Source: Phoronis australis
Taxonomy: Eukaryota > Animalia > Phoronida
Direction of reading: 5' to 3'
Length of the DNA stretch: 64,000 nucleotides
NCBI GenBank assembly: GCA_002633005.1
Contig: NMRA01000188.1
Coordinates: forward strand, 658,377-722,376
Shown piece by piece: positions 1-12,007 of this stretch. The position numbers were made by a program, and so were the translations under genes. Position 1 is the first letter of the stretch. Every line of letters begins with the position of its first letter. The notes under the pieces were generated by a model that was not told the DNA's origin, searched no databases, and saw nothing but the letters and a program-made list of their open reading frames with translations.

Positions 1-3000
1 GAATCACACCAACACAAATGCATTGAAGACTTTTTTATTAAGAATAAGTAAAAACAAAACGCTGATTAAAAGCCTGCAACATCTGCACCAGCCTAAAACG
101 CGTGCGATTACTCAGTACGTTCTATTCAATAAAATACCTGCGCTACATATTTAAATGTATGTATAGGTTAAGCGTTTGACAGTTTCATCCGATACCATAT
201 AGCAGGCAAAATAACGTGCTTTGTAATCACGGCAAATTTTTGTTACTTTTTAATAACCTTGAAATAAATTTGTTACGTAGATAAATTTCGCGAAAACAAA
301 ACTGGAAAATCGCATGCATCATTTTCAGGTATAAGCGTAATACACTGAAGCTAGGAACCAGACTGAAGTGAGCTAGCTCTAAATTAATTTGGCATGAGTC
401 AATCCGTTACACTGGTCATCTTCATTACTAGTCGTTTATTGCTGACTTCTAACAATACGTGAATACATGTGCTATGATTCACTATGGGTATTTACTACAA
501 AATGACCGTCTCAATTTAACAAACCCCATCGCCAGGCGCGCTTGTTTTCAATTGGCGTGGTAAGATACACAACCGTTTGAGTGGAGGCGTGAAGTTACGT
601 AACTGGTCGTAAGTGAATGAAATGAGAGAAATTTATTTTGGAAGAAGAAAAATGACATAAAAAGAAATCAAGTACGTATCTTTAAAAACACGGAAATCGT
701 TTTTTTACGGATTACATTCACATCTATTTTGTACATAGATATTTCAACAGAAATTTATCCAGACAACGGCAGAACTAAAGCTGTTTCTTGCATTATAAAA
801 TTTGTAACAATATCAAGTTTAGAAGGAGCAGGTTTGTTTTGTAATGATACCTGATATCGTGTTTTTCGTTACATGCTTTTTGTTTTATTTGAAAACGCAT
901 CGTTGTGTTTACCATTTGACTATAACTAAATCACAACATAGTACATAATGCTGAAAGTTGGAATAGTTTTCTTGAATTTTAACATTAGTTTTTAGACTAA
1001 GAAACTATTTTAGTTTGCCATAAAAGAATAAGTGTAAAAACGTCGTCACGTTTTCCCGTTAGTAACAATGTAAAAAATGTTCTGTTTGTTCCGTAGCAAG
1101 TCAAAAGTAAATCGTCAATTGCCAGCTTTACAAAAATAATGACGTTGACTTTCAGTAGATTTTAATCCAGACATAATATGTTCTTAGATTTCAATGAATA
1201 CAAATTTTCCAAGTTTTAAATTGACATGTTCTAAATTTTTTATTGAAATCTAAAAGAGTTTTCCCGGTCTCGACCCTGATCATGTTTTTCATCTACCAAT
1301 GTCAGTTAAAATTCCTGACAAAATGTTTTGAGTTGAAGGATCATAACAAGTCAACCTTGCCTTAGTTTATAAACATTAATGAAGCATGCAGGCGTACGCA
1401 CGTGTGCGACTCTCGTTTACAGGCTCTGGATTCGAAAAAAAACAACATAGGTTACAGCTTTTGAAAAACAGAGATATTGAAAGTCTCTGTACTTCAATTT
1501 TGAACCTGATATGGAACTTTATTCTATCTTACATTCGATTGCAGGATTATTTTTCAAAAACAGAAACTGTTGAAATGAATTTGAATGCAAAAGCTCATAT
1601 TTGAAAACGTTAAATGAAAGATAGTGTGTTTTTCAGATTGAATATTGTTAAAATAAACTGTTGTCGAATATCTTCAGAATTTGCGGAGTTTTGGTGATTA
1701 AATTTTCGCTTAAAATTTGTTAAATCAAAAAAGTACACATACATTCAAAATGAACTCATAAGTAATTTTTCATGTTTGGAAACGTTTAATAAAGTATAGC
1801 GTTAAGTTTTGATCACAGGATTTTTTAAGATAATTGCTGACATTTGTGTGGTTAAATTTCTCGAGAACATGTAATTCTCGACAGTTAAGACATTCGCTTT
1901 GTATATGTCTGTCATGATAACAGAATCAATAAAGAATTTTTTCGATAATTTTCTTATTAAAACCTGTCAGTCTCCGGTAGACTTAATCTAGCTGATTGAG
2001 ACGTGATTAGCGATTTTTTTGTAAATACAAAACCTCTGTCACAATATTTAGTTATTACATTCCATGTTTGAAAGTAGCTATTAAATTTGTACGACGTGCT
2101 AACATATTTTTTATTTTGACGTTTTATTAGTGAAATACATAGATTTGTTACGGCATGGCTTCAGCTTCACTGACTTTAACAAATGTCGTCCATTTAACCA
2201 TAATATCTATAGCTTTAACGAAACATAATTATCGCCTTAGGCTTGTTTCGTTTGCATGTATTTTGTGCGTAACATAAATAACATAAAACAAAGAGATCGA
2301 TCAATTTGCTGTATATTTCCTCTATTATGAAATCTAATCCTAAAATCCCAGTGAAACCATATCATTGAAACGTATGATTGAAAATAGTACGAATGGTACG
2401 TGGCATTTTAGGAGTTACTATTTTTAAAATCGCATAATGTTATTCGATGTCTTTGACACGGTGGTTCAGTTACGAATTGTGTTAAACCAATCACATCGTG
2501 AAATATGCGATTAGTGTAAGCGAACCTCTACCACAACTGGGGAATTCATCATTGACGCCATTGTCTTGTGGACAAAAAGTGACCTTTTTTAAGAAGCAAC
2601 TTTTTACTCTACATCTCACCACGCACGAGCAAATGATTTTGCCCTAGTTACAACAAAAATGCACGTATGTTGATACATTTCATTTCAGTTCGTAATGAAG
2701 CATTTCAGACTACCCATTCCTAGTTTGAGTTTCGTGTTCTATAGAAAGTCTGGAATGCACTAGAAATTTTTGTGAGGATGTTGTCTTACAAAATACAGCA
2801 TGGAAAAGGTACAAATGGAGCCGTTGTAAGGAATATCACCCCCCCTCTCTTATATTGGTAATAGTCGTGTGTTTTAACTGTTTAATATGCAAATACAACT
2901 GTATTTTAATCCACCGTTTTTCGAAAACTAGAAAACTAAAAGCATTATTGAAATGAAGACCGAATTGACAGAAACACAAATAAATAAAATGCTCGAAAAT

Positions 3001-6000
3001 AACCAAACAACTGCTATTACTTACCAACTCCTGTGAAAATGTAAAAAATATACTTGCATAAATTTGATAGGCTGATGCATATCGTTTTCTTCCACCGCAT
3101 TTCACGTTTATGATGATATTATACTTCTCAACTTTCCGTGTTGTTAACCTCAGGACAAATTTTATTGCTTTAGTAGAAATAAAACCCACGGAGTCTTAAT
3201 GTTCACAATTTTTGCGGAGTAGTTGCGGTAAATGATACGTTTTGACATAGCCTTTTTGATATTATATTTTTCTTGGCTTCACAATGGTGCTATCAGATTG
3301 GTAAAATTGCTTTCTTTTTTCACTCATGCTGTTGTTTTGTAGCACTTGCGCTTTTATTCATATAATATTCCTATAATAACTACTAGAAATGTAAGCGCTT
3401 TAAAGGTCCAAAATAGCTTTCTTCAACATCTGAAAACTATTGAGAAGAATCACTCTCGTCCATTCCAACCAACTGGGAATTGAATATGTTCTGTGGAGAG
3501 ACTTCCACAAGTTTGTTTTCCTTCTTGGAACACCGTGTTTATACAAGACAATTTTATGATCGAACAAGACCCTTCGACCAAGGTGTTTCTAATATCTGTC
3601 ATCCAAAATGGTGTAAACAGAAAAGTCATGTTTCCTAATAGTTTTCTTGAGACGTATACCCTGTAATGTTTACAAAACATCTCGTGTTCTTGTAAACGTT
3701 CTTTGCTTCCAAACGTAACAAAAATCCGATTGGTTGTCCAAGGTTTTTGATGGTTGAGACGGCATGGTACCTATTTTTTAGGTTCAAATTTCTTTAGTTT
3801 GACTGAAATATTTGTTCTGTTTTCTTTGTAGTTAGTTTGAAACTTGAATCCACTGAAAAATTCTACCTTTTTGTTTTCAACGTCTAAAATGTTTACGGTC
3901 TTACCCTACCAATTGGTGGTGGTTTATTTCTGAAAAGTGGCCTTGGTGTTTGCAAAAAAATTCAAGCAAACGAGAACATTCATGTTACACGTTCAGATAT
4001 CTAACTATTTAATCTGATATCAAACAAAATTTGACGTAGCAAAATTTATGAAGTATCTCGAACGTATTTTTGACATATCGTGATAATTTACATGACGCCA
4101 ATTAGTCACAAACAGTGTAAATACGCCAACTAACTCCCGCGCCCGTGGGCCAAATATGCGATTTCAATCTCTTTTAGTCATCGACATTGCTCGGTTGATT
4201 ATAAAACGACCGGTGCATTTCTTTTATAGTGTCCGTTCATGTCCGAGAGTGTATACATATTCGTATTCTCTTACAAATGCGCTCTAGCTTCCCTCTTCTC
4301 GGCCCGCCCAAGATTCGGATCGTGTTAACAATGTTTCGCTCCAAAGCCCTTCTAAACCCACCCACCTTGTCACAAGCATTTAGCAACAGTTCAACAAATG
4401 TTTCTGATTAAATTGGTGCAATAAATTAGTTAATTTTATTCCCTTACTACCATACGTTATTGTAAGTAGTGAATAAAACTCCGCACTCGCTGTTATAAAC
4501 TTATAGTGCGTAGGAACACATCGTCTTGTGTGGTGAGATGATTGTATAAATGCGCGTGCGCGATGACAAACACGAACCATGGCTAGAATTCGGCTCTCTG
4601 CTGCTGATATCTAACGGTTTGTGTATACAGACTAAACATAATGTTTATATTATGCTTTCTCTGTGTGTAAAATAAATTGACGTGTGGAACAAGGTTGTAC
4701 ACGGTTGTGTATTACTCAGACCCTGACACATAAAACGGAATAAGAAGTGAGACGAACAGAACAGTGCCAGAGCATATTCTCCCGAGACTTTCATGGGGCT
4801 CAACCTATTTTGGACAAATTTTATCGTAAAATCGTCGAGTTTGTAACTTCCATTCATGCATGCATATCTCGTTCTGTTTTCTGTCCAATTCTGATTTTTT
4901 TCTGATACTGATTTTTCGATACAAAAATCTTTTCAATTTAATACTCAAGTTGCTCAAAATCAGTAATATAAAACGCACCTTTTTCGGCTGTAATCGAAAA
5001 ACTCGATTTCCTAATTTCGAAGTCATCTTATTTCCTAATGTAAATGAACAATAATTCATAGACTTCGTGATTCACAAATCAGACGTCTGTGCGGGTTTAT
5101 TACGTCCGCTAATGAAGACTGCGTTCTTAATCGAGTCTAATATCGCAAAATGTAAATGAAATTAACGAACTTGGCTTCTTTTCAATGTTCCAAGACAAAT
5201 AATAAAATTCTAAAGAAATTCATGCTGGAAACAAGGAGCTCAGTATGGCCAATTATTGGGATAATACATATTTGGAGATACGTTTAACAACCCTCACAAT
5301 ATTTTATCACTTCTTATATCAATTTCTCTTTGTTAAAAATGTGAAAATTTGTAAGGTTGTCAAAGTTGTGGTTTTTGAAATTTAATTTTGGTAACGAAAT
5401 TCTTATGTTTGTGTACCGGCAATACCCAGCCTGGCACATCACACAAAATAACGCTGAACTGATTCCCATTTCCAATCCCTCCACACATAAAGTACTTGAG
5501 AAGTTAGTATTATCTTACAGTTTCGAACAAATCTGGCCAATGTCTTTCCAGGAGAGTTGGCCTACGACTTCTAACAACTCTTATCAACACAGAACATCGT
5601 CATGAAAAGCATCTAATCACATTTGTCATTTATTGCATGACGTGAAGCTAAAAATACACAACAGAGATTACAAAAACAGTACAAAAATACTTAAGATTTA
5701 GAGGTTAGATGCCCCAATTCTTTAGACAAGGCCCTCCCATTCTCCGTTAGCTCTGTGGCTATTTCTGAGGTTTGTCAATTAACGCCTCAGGCGAGTAGGA
5801 TTGTGATGGTCAGATAGGACGACGTTTGGGACTCCTTTATCACTGACCTGTTCACGCGTAGTTCAAAATAGATGGAAATGTTCTCTTTCGATTGGATTTG
5901 TCGTTGACCTGGAATCACACTCTGTTGTTTTATCTTCGAAGAAGCTCACTGAAACCCAACATAATGCAAATTATTTTTCTTAAAATTCCATGAAAGAAAA

Positions 6001-6809
6001 ATTTATGGACAATTGAACAAGTTGTTTCTTTATCCGCACTACGTGGTTGTATTATTATATTTCTTATTACTATCCAAGTTGTTTTTCGATTAAAGTGAAT
6101 GGTATGCTTGTAGACGTGGTCCACGGTGGAAATAAGCTGCGATTTTTTCGTATTATCGATTCTTTTATTTTAGCTTATTTTTACCTATTTATTTACTTAT
6201 CTAACATTAAAACTCCAATTGCTGGGAAAATTACATAAAATCAGAAAATAGAAAAACATAGATTAAAAAGCCTTGTTGAGCTCTGACAACTATCAGTTCT
6301 GCCCTGGAATTTATTGTATTATTATTTTATGGTCACTCGATGTTAAATAAATCAATCAACCAAAAAATAATCTTCATGTTATTTGGACAGCCTGTTTTTC
6401 CTACCGATATTCATATCTCAACCTGTCTTTTGTTTTGTATCTTCAAAATAGAGAAATCTGTCCAATTCAATACACAAAATGAGTCACAGTATATTCGCAA
6501 GCCGGTCAATTGTAAGTCATTCTAACCGGCTATTCACTGACACGCGTTAATCAAACGGCCTAGTATACTTCAACCACCAGCTAATGGCCAATTAAATACA
6601 CGAACTTGAAAGTTTCAGGGACTTGAGAAAAAAACAAACATCAGCTCAGCAGAGAGACCTTTATAATATAAAAGAATACAACAAGAGAATATCTGACAGC
6701 AAATAGCTCTTTAGTTCAGGCTTCTGCATTTTATCTGCGATAATTTTAGGAAAAGAAATCAAAGTAGACGTACTTCAAAGAAAAGAAGTGTTCAGAAAAT
6801 AGACATCGG

Positions 6810-7144
6810 TCGAACATTAACGACGTCTGGCGTTCATTTAGGCGACTGGAGTCTGCGTTGGCGGGTTCGTTTTTGACGATGAGTCTGAGTGGTTGGCTTT
6901 TTACCGACGTTGGTAATCAAATAAAACTCGTGCACAAACCGTGTTGGTGGTGGATATATTGACAAAATTTACCGAGTTAGGCAGAAAGGTGACCAACTCC
7001 ATTCAAATTTGACACACATCCGGGGAGAGGAGTCGTCTCAACTCCGTATCCCGTTGAGTTGGTATGTTTTGAAATGAAGTAGGTCGTAATTTGATCGCGT
7101 CGCTAAGTAAACTACGCCAGACGTCGGAGACCAATCGTGTTCGA
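6810..7144. mobile_element. Degenerate MITE-like element
   Basis: 13-bp perfect inverted repeat CGACGTCTGGCGT (6821) / ACGCCAGACGTCG (ends 7126) with imperfect extension on both sides; no clear TSD. Confidence 0.45.
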
Positions 7145-9032
7145 GGGCATTTAATTATCACTGATATTTTTTCTGTTTGATTCTCTCGTTTAATGTTCGT
7201 AGTTAGTTTGACGGTTAGAGTTATGCGTCTGGCCGGACTTAACGGAGCCCGCCAGAAGTTCTTCAGGAAATCTTCTCAACGCAAATAACTCAATTTTCAA
7301 GAAGCAATCAACAAAATGTCTAATCGCTTGAAAGTACAAAACGTTGAAGTAGAATGTCTTTAAATAGCATAAACGCAGCTCAGCAAGTAAAGTTACTTTA
7401 CAAAATGCGTTTGTCAACAGTATTGGAATAATTTAAGTACAATAGTGGAGTAAAATATCTTTACTTTTTTCAATTTTTCAAGTTGAAAGTAAAACCGAAG
7501 CCCAATTTAAAAATGGTAATATTATTTTTGTATTAGTTTAAATAGTTTTAAATCTGTCGGAGGATCAAGTAAACTTGACTTCAGTAATCGTAAAATACAT
7601 CTTGACTTATGATCAAGTCATTTTGTTGTAAATCATCATTCTCATTTTTTGAAAAAGCAAGTATATGAAAATTACAATTTCTTGTTTTAACCTGTTAAAA
7701 TGGAAATAATTATTTATGAAATGACATATTGGGCATTTTGTTTTCATAAACAAAAATCTACTCTACCTATGAAAATTAAAATAAATTTTATTGAAACAAT
7801 TTGATAAATGGCTTGCTTGTTGTTCATATCTGCTACGTTTCTTTTTTAACGTCACTAAATCACATGACCAAACAAACGGCTTCTTTGAAGTGCCTTAATA
7901 CGTGGTGGGTTAGATTACCATGTTGGTAAATGTTTAGATCTGGACACGTCCAAAGGACGAGATACCAACATCAGACAGAGGTTCCACAGTTTGAGCGGAG
8001 TTGGCCGCAGTTTTATGCCTTCTTTGGCCACACGCATGTTTTTCTTTGAAGTCAGTTTTCCCTTACATCTTTCCTGATAAATGTTTACGACATAAACGTT
8101 TACTTTATGTCTTCCAACAATAATTGGGGGAAGAGGTCGGGTCACGTGATATCCCGATCGTCGCCAAGGTGGCACGCGCCTGGTCTCGCTTCTAAGGATG
8201 AGGAAACTCGTCTCGGTTTACACCTTACTGTTTATCTTTAATTAAACGCGTTAGAAATCAATAGAAATAGTTTAACATTAAGTGCATCTCAGGTACTGGA
8301 AAGACCATGCGGTATCCAATGAACAAAAAAAGTTAAATTCATTTATTAATTAGTATTTTATCATTTTGTCAAAACCGTGGAAATCTTAGAAATGTCACAA
8401 CCTCCATTTATCATATGAATATTATACAAAGTTTGCAAATTATTTCTTTTTAAGAATTTAATTATCTTAATGTCGTGACTTGTACCAATGTAACGAATGT
8501 ATTTATCAACAAAAATGGTGTGATACTATAGTCGTTCTAATTTCGTGTTGTCACCGTTACCTTAAAATCTCCAATTGTTAGGTCAAACGTCCGATGTTTA
8601 CAAATACCCGACCAGGTACTAAATAGCCACATTTTTGTTCATAATTATGCGATGACATCGCATACTTTAGATTTTGAAATCCCGAGATAATTTCAATCAG
8701 AGCAGAGACGCTCCGTGGTTCGGTATCCTAACGATTCAAAGCAAACACAAACGTGTGGATTTCGGCGATATTTATTAGTTCTCGTTGACGACCGATAACA
8801 GTCGATCTAGTTCCATGGAACATTGAATTGTCGTGTATTATCAGAACATATACATCAAATTTCCGACATATCAAAGCATGCCGATGGGTGGGCGGTTAAA
8901 CAAGTGTCCCTCGGCAATTAAAAGTGTACTAATTAAACCTTGGTTAACCACAGTGTGTTTACCGATACGTAACGAATAAGCAGCAACCGCTGAACAGTTT
9001 TGAAGAAATTTAACATTATTTTTGTTGATATG

Positions 9033-9150
9033 TGGGCAATAGTCACTTACAGCGGTCCCGCATTTCGAGAACCATATTGATACAAGTTATTCAGCGGAGA
9101 AAGCCGGTTCTCAAAATCTGGAACCATGTAATGATGACTATTACCCATAT
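9033..9150. repeat. Imperfect ~45-bp inverted repeat with ~30-nt spacer (hairpin or MITE remnant)
   Basis: TGGGCAATAGTCA...TTTCGAGAACC pairs with GGTTCTCAAAA...TGACTATTACCCA. Confidence 0.55.
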
Positions 9151-10369
9151 TTGTGTGCATTGTAAGTATTTAAATTCGACGTTCATTAGCCAAAGATAAT
9201 GACTATCGATGTGTCAATCATTTGGCATTTAATATTATTGAATTTTTAATATCAATTATTAAAAAAGTAATTCTCGAGTGTTTTCCGTGCGCGCCATATT
9301 TTCAAAAAATGATCAATCGGACCTATCTCATTAGTAAGTCGTGACCGCGAGGAAACCAGCGACAAAAAACAAATAAAAATGACTACGAAATACAACTGGA
9401 ATAAATTAAATGACGATTAACAGTCCATAAAATAAAATGAGCGAAGAACTCCGACGCGCAGCACAACAGTGGTTTGCCGATATACGTCACAGGTAATTCG
9501 CAGAATTCCTTGACCACGACACATTCCACATTCCCGAAGTAAGGGCAAACTTTCGAACATATTATGATATGACGTCATGGGTGTCGCGTAACGACAAATT
9601 TTATGTGACAATATGACATCTTTACATAGATCAGTTTTTATTTCGCCAAGCGGTTTATCAAATGAGGCATATTTTTGTTTCGTACACAGTCAACACATTG
9701 TGATTTATGAGAGTTGTACATAAATGATACGGGATCATAAGTTTGTTTAAACTAATGCGTGTTATGAAGATATGTTGTGGACACATAACAAGACTGCCAT
9801 TTATAGAAAAATTATAGTTTAACGATTTCCGCTAATCCATATTACCAGTTATAGTTTAAGTGAACCACGTCACAAACAAGCATTATGTAACATTTAGATA
9901 TTAGCAATAACTTAAAACATTTATTTGAGACGACGCTAACAAGAGTATCAATTAATAATCAACATAAATAAAAACTTCTTAAATTATATCATTAATTATT
10001 TCCGCAACAATGTATCATATTCATTACGTCACATCTTAAATATCAATTGTCATATAGTGTTTGATTTTACTTTATTTCTGTTTCTGTTGACGAAGGACGT
10101 TATTATATCCGAAAATTTCAGTTGACCCATTCTTGTTGTTCTATTTACCTATATATAATCAACAAACAAATTAATGACATAACAGATGATTTCAATTATT
10201 GGCTGTGCGTATGAATACATTTTCATTTTCTCACTAGGAATAGCGTGAAAATAAATGCGAATGTGTGTCTGAGTGTTGAACAACTTGATCGAAAACTAAA
10301 AACTTTGATTACTGTCTTTATTCTAAATTTATTTGAAGTCATTTTGATTCACACGTATTGTTATTTCAG

Positions 10370-10626
10370 GTAAAACAAGAACAAAAGACAAATATCGCGT
10401 AGTGTATAGTGACCACCAGCGCTTGGAGTTGGAAAAAGAGTTCCATTATAGTCGTTACATTACCATACGGAGGAAAGCGGAGCTCGCTCAAGCTCTTGCT
10501 CTCTCAGAAAGACAAGTCAAAATATGGTTCCAGAATCGACGGGCGAAAGAGAGGAAACAGAATAAAAAGAAAGAAGACGTTAATAAAAATCCGGTGGTTT
10601 CCTCAATGGCCGATCTGCAGAGTTAA
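10370..10626 (+). CDS. Cdx: Caudal/Cdx ParaHox homeobox protein, terminal coding exon carrying the complete homeodomain
   Basis: Acceptor ttatttcAG at 10368-10369, then (G)[63 protein letters not shown]...*; [12 protein letters not shown] and YITIRRK are Cdx-diagnostic. No YxWM hexapeptide exon seen in 1-10369. Confidence 0.97.
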
Positions 10627-12001
10627 TGCTAACATGTGCGCGACCTGGTGGCCGAGAATCAAAATGCAATATCTCTATCTTCGCGGACAATCGGTGATAA
10701 AGAGAAAAAAGCAAGTATTCTTGATACAAGTTAGAAAATTGTCCTTTTTATTTTGATATTTCCATGACAAACAACTCAAAATACATGATGCGGTTTGACA
10801 CATTTCAAAGCAAAATCTGTTATTCGTGCGATTTTTAGTTATTTTTACACAATGGTAAATTGTGGCCAGCGAACATATTGCAATAAGTTGTACATATTAT
10901 ATCTTTAGACTAAGGCACAGTCTCCATGGCCTCGTGTTGTAATTATCTGTACTTTATCATCTTGGTTTTTGTAGATTATTCCAGAAAAAACATAGAACCA
11001 TGTTTATTCCTTATCTCTTCAAACGATATTTGACACGGTCTCTCTTTCTCAATTCGTACGTCAGAGAAGCCAATTAAGAAACGAAACTGCCAAAGGAATC
11101 TAAGTGAACCTTTGTTAACAACACTTTCACCAGACAATTTGCTGTTGTACCCGGATGACAACGAATCTTTTGATGAAGCATAAATATTTGGAAGCGACAA
11201 CTTCGCTGGAAATACGTTCGTTAATTCTTTATCCTACTTCCCGAATTCAGACGTTATTTTTCTCAGTTAGAATGTTACAGAAATGTTGAAAATGTACATC
11301 AAGACCCGGATGTGCATCTTTCAGTTGTCATGACGTCATTAGATAGGAAAATTTCAGGTCAAACACGGCTGTATATTCCATACCATGAGTTTATTCTCTG
11401 ACGACGAGTACGATCATGTCTATGAAAAGACCGGGGGAGGACCACGTTGACGATCGTGATTTGAAAATAACGAAACTTCTCAATGCAAATCACGGTATTT
11501 GTTTTGTTTTTGCAAATTATTGCCGCAATTCTCGCGAGAAAATAAAGGAACACAATTGGTTTAGAAATTTCTCTGATGCGCCAAATATACATTCTGTCTA
11601 CATGATAAGATTCTAAAGTCCAAGAGGTTGTTTTCACATGGCTTTTAGTTTTATTCTTCTAAATACTGAGTGCCGCTGATGGCACATTTTGAAGCGCTTC
11701 GCGTTTCAACGTTCTTAGAACAGTCAACACATTTCTAAGATTTACTAAGTTTAAGTGTGAACAGCTTCTCCCAAAAAGTATTTTGTGAATATAAATTCTC
11801 TCATGGTGCTAAGTGATTCCTTTTTAGCATATCGTAAAGTAAGAGGGTGAGTGAATTCTAGTCCGTGTAGTTACTATTTATTTGAAATATTTAAACTGTG
11901 GCAGTGTATTTTGACAGATATTGAAACTGTTTTTGTGTATATACTGTATGACCAACGAGGACCTGTAAGATTTTTGTCTATTTAGAAAGATATTTAATGT
12001 A

Positions 12002-12007
12002 AATAAA
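12002..12007 (+). terminator. Probable Cdx polyadenylation signal (3' UTR ~1.4 kb)
   Basis: AATAAA with upstream TGTA elements and a downstream GT/T-rich tract (TGTGTTCTGTTTTT). Confidence 0.5.

Noticed and set aside
1-10300. Short ORFs from the six-frame track as genes
   Set aside because: Low-complexity AT-driven translations, many with non-ATG starts and no homology cues; the region is consistent with intron
10627-10756. Cdx C-terminal extension by readthrough, or the overlapping 115-aa ORF
   Set aside because: Two in-frame stops (TAA TGC TAA) follow the CDS; the alternative-frame ORF has no recognisable features
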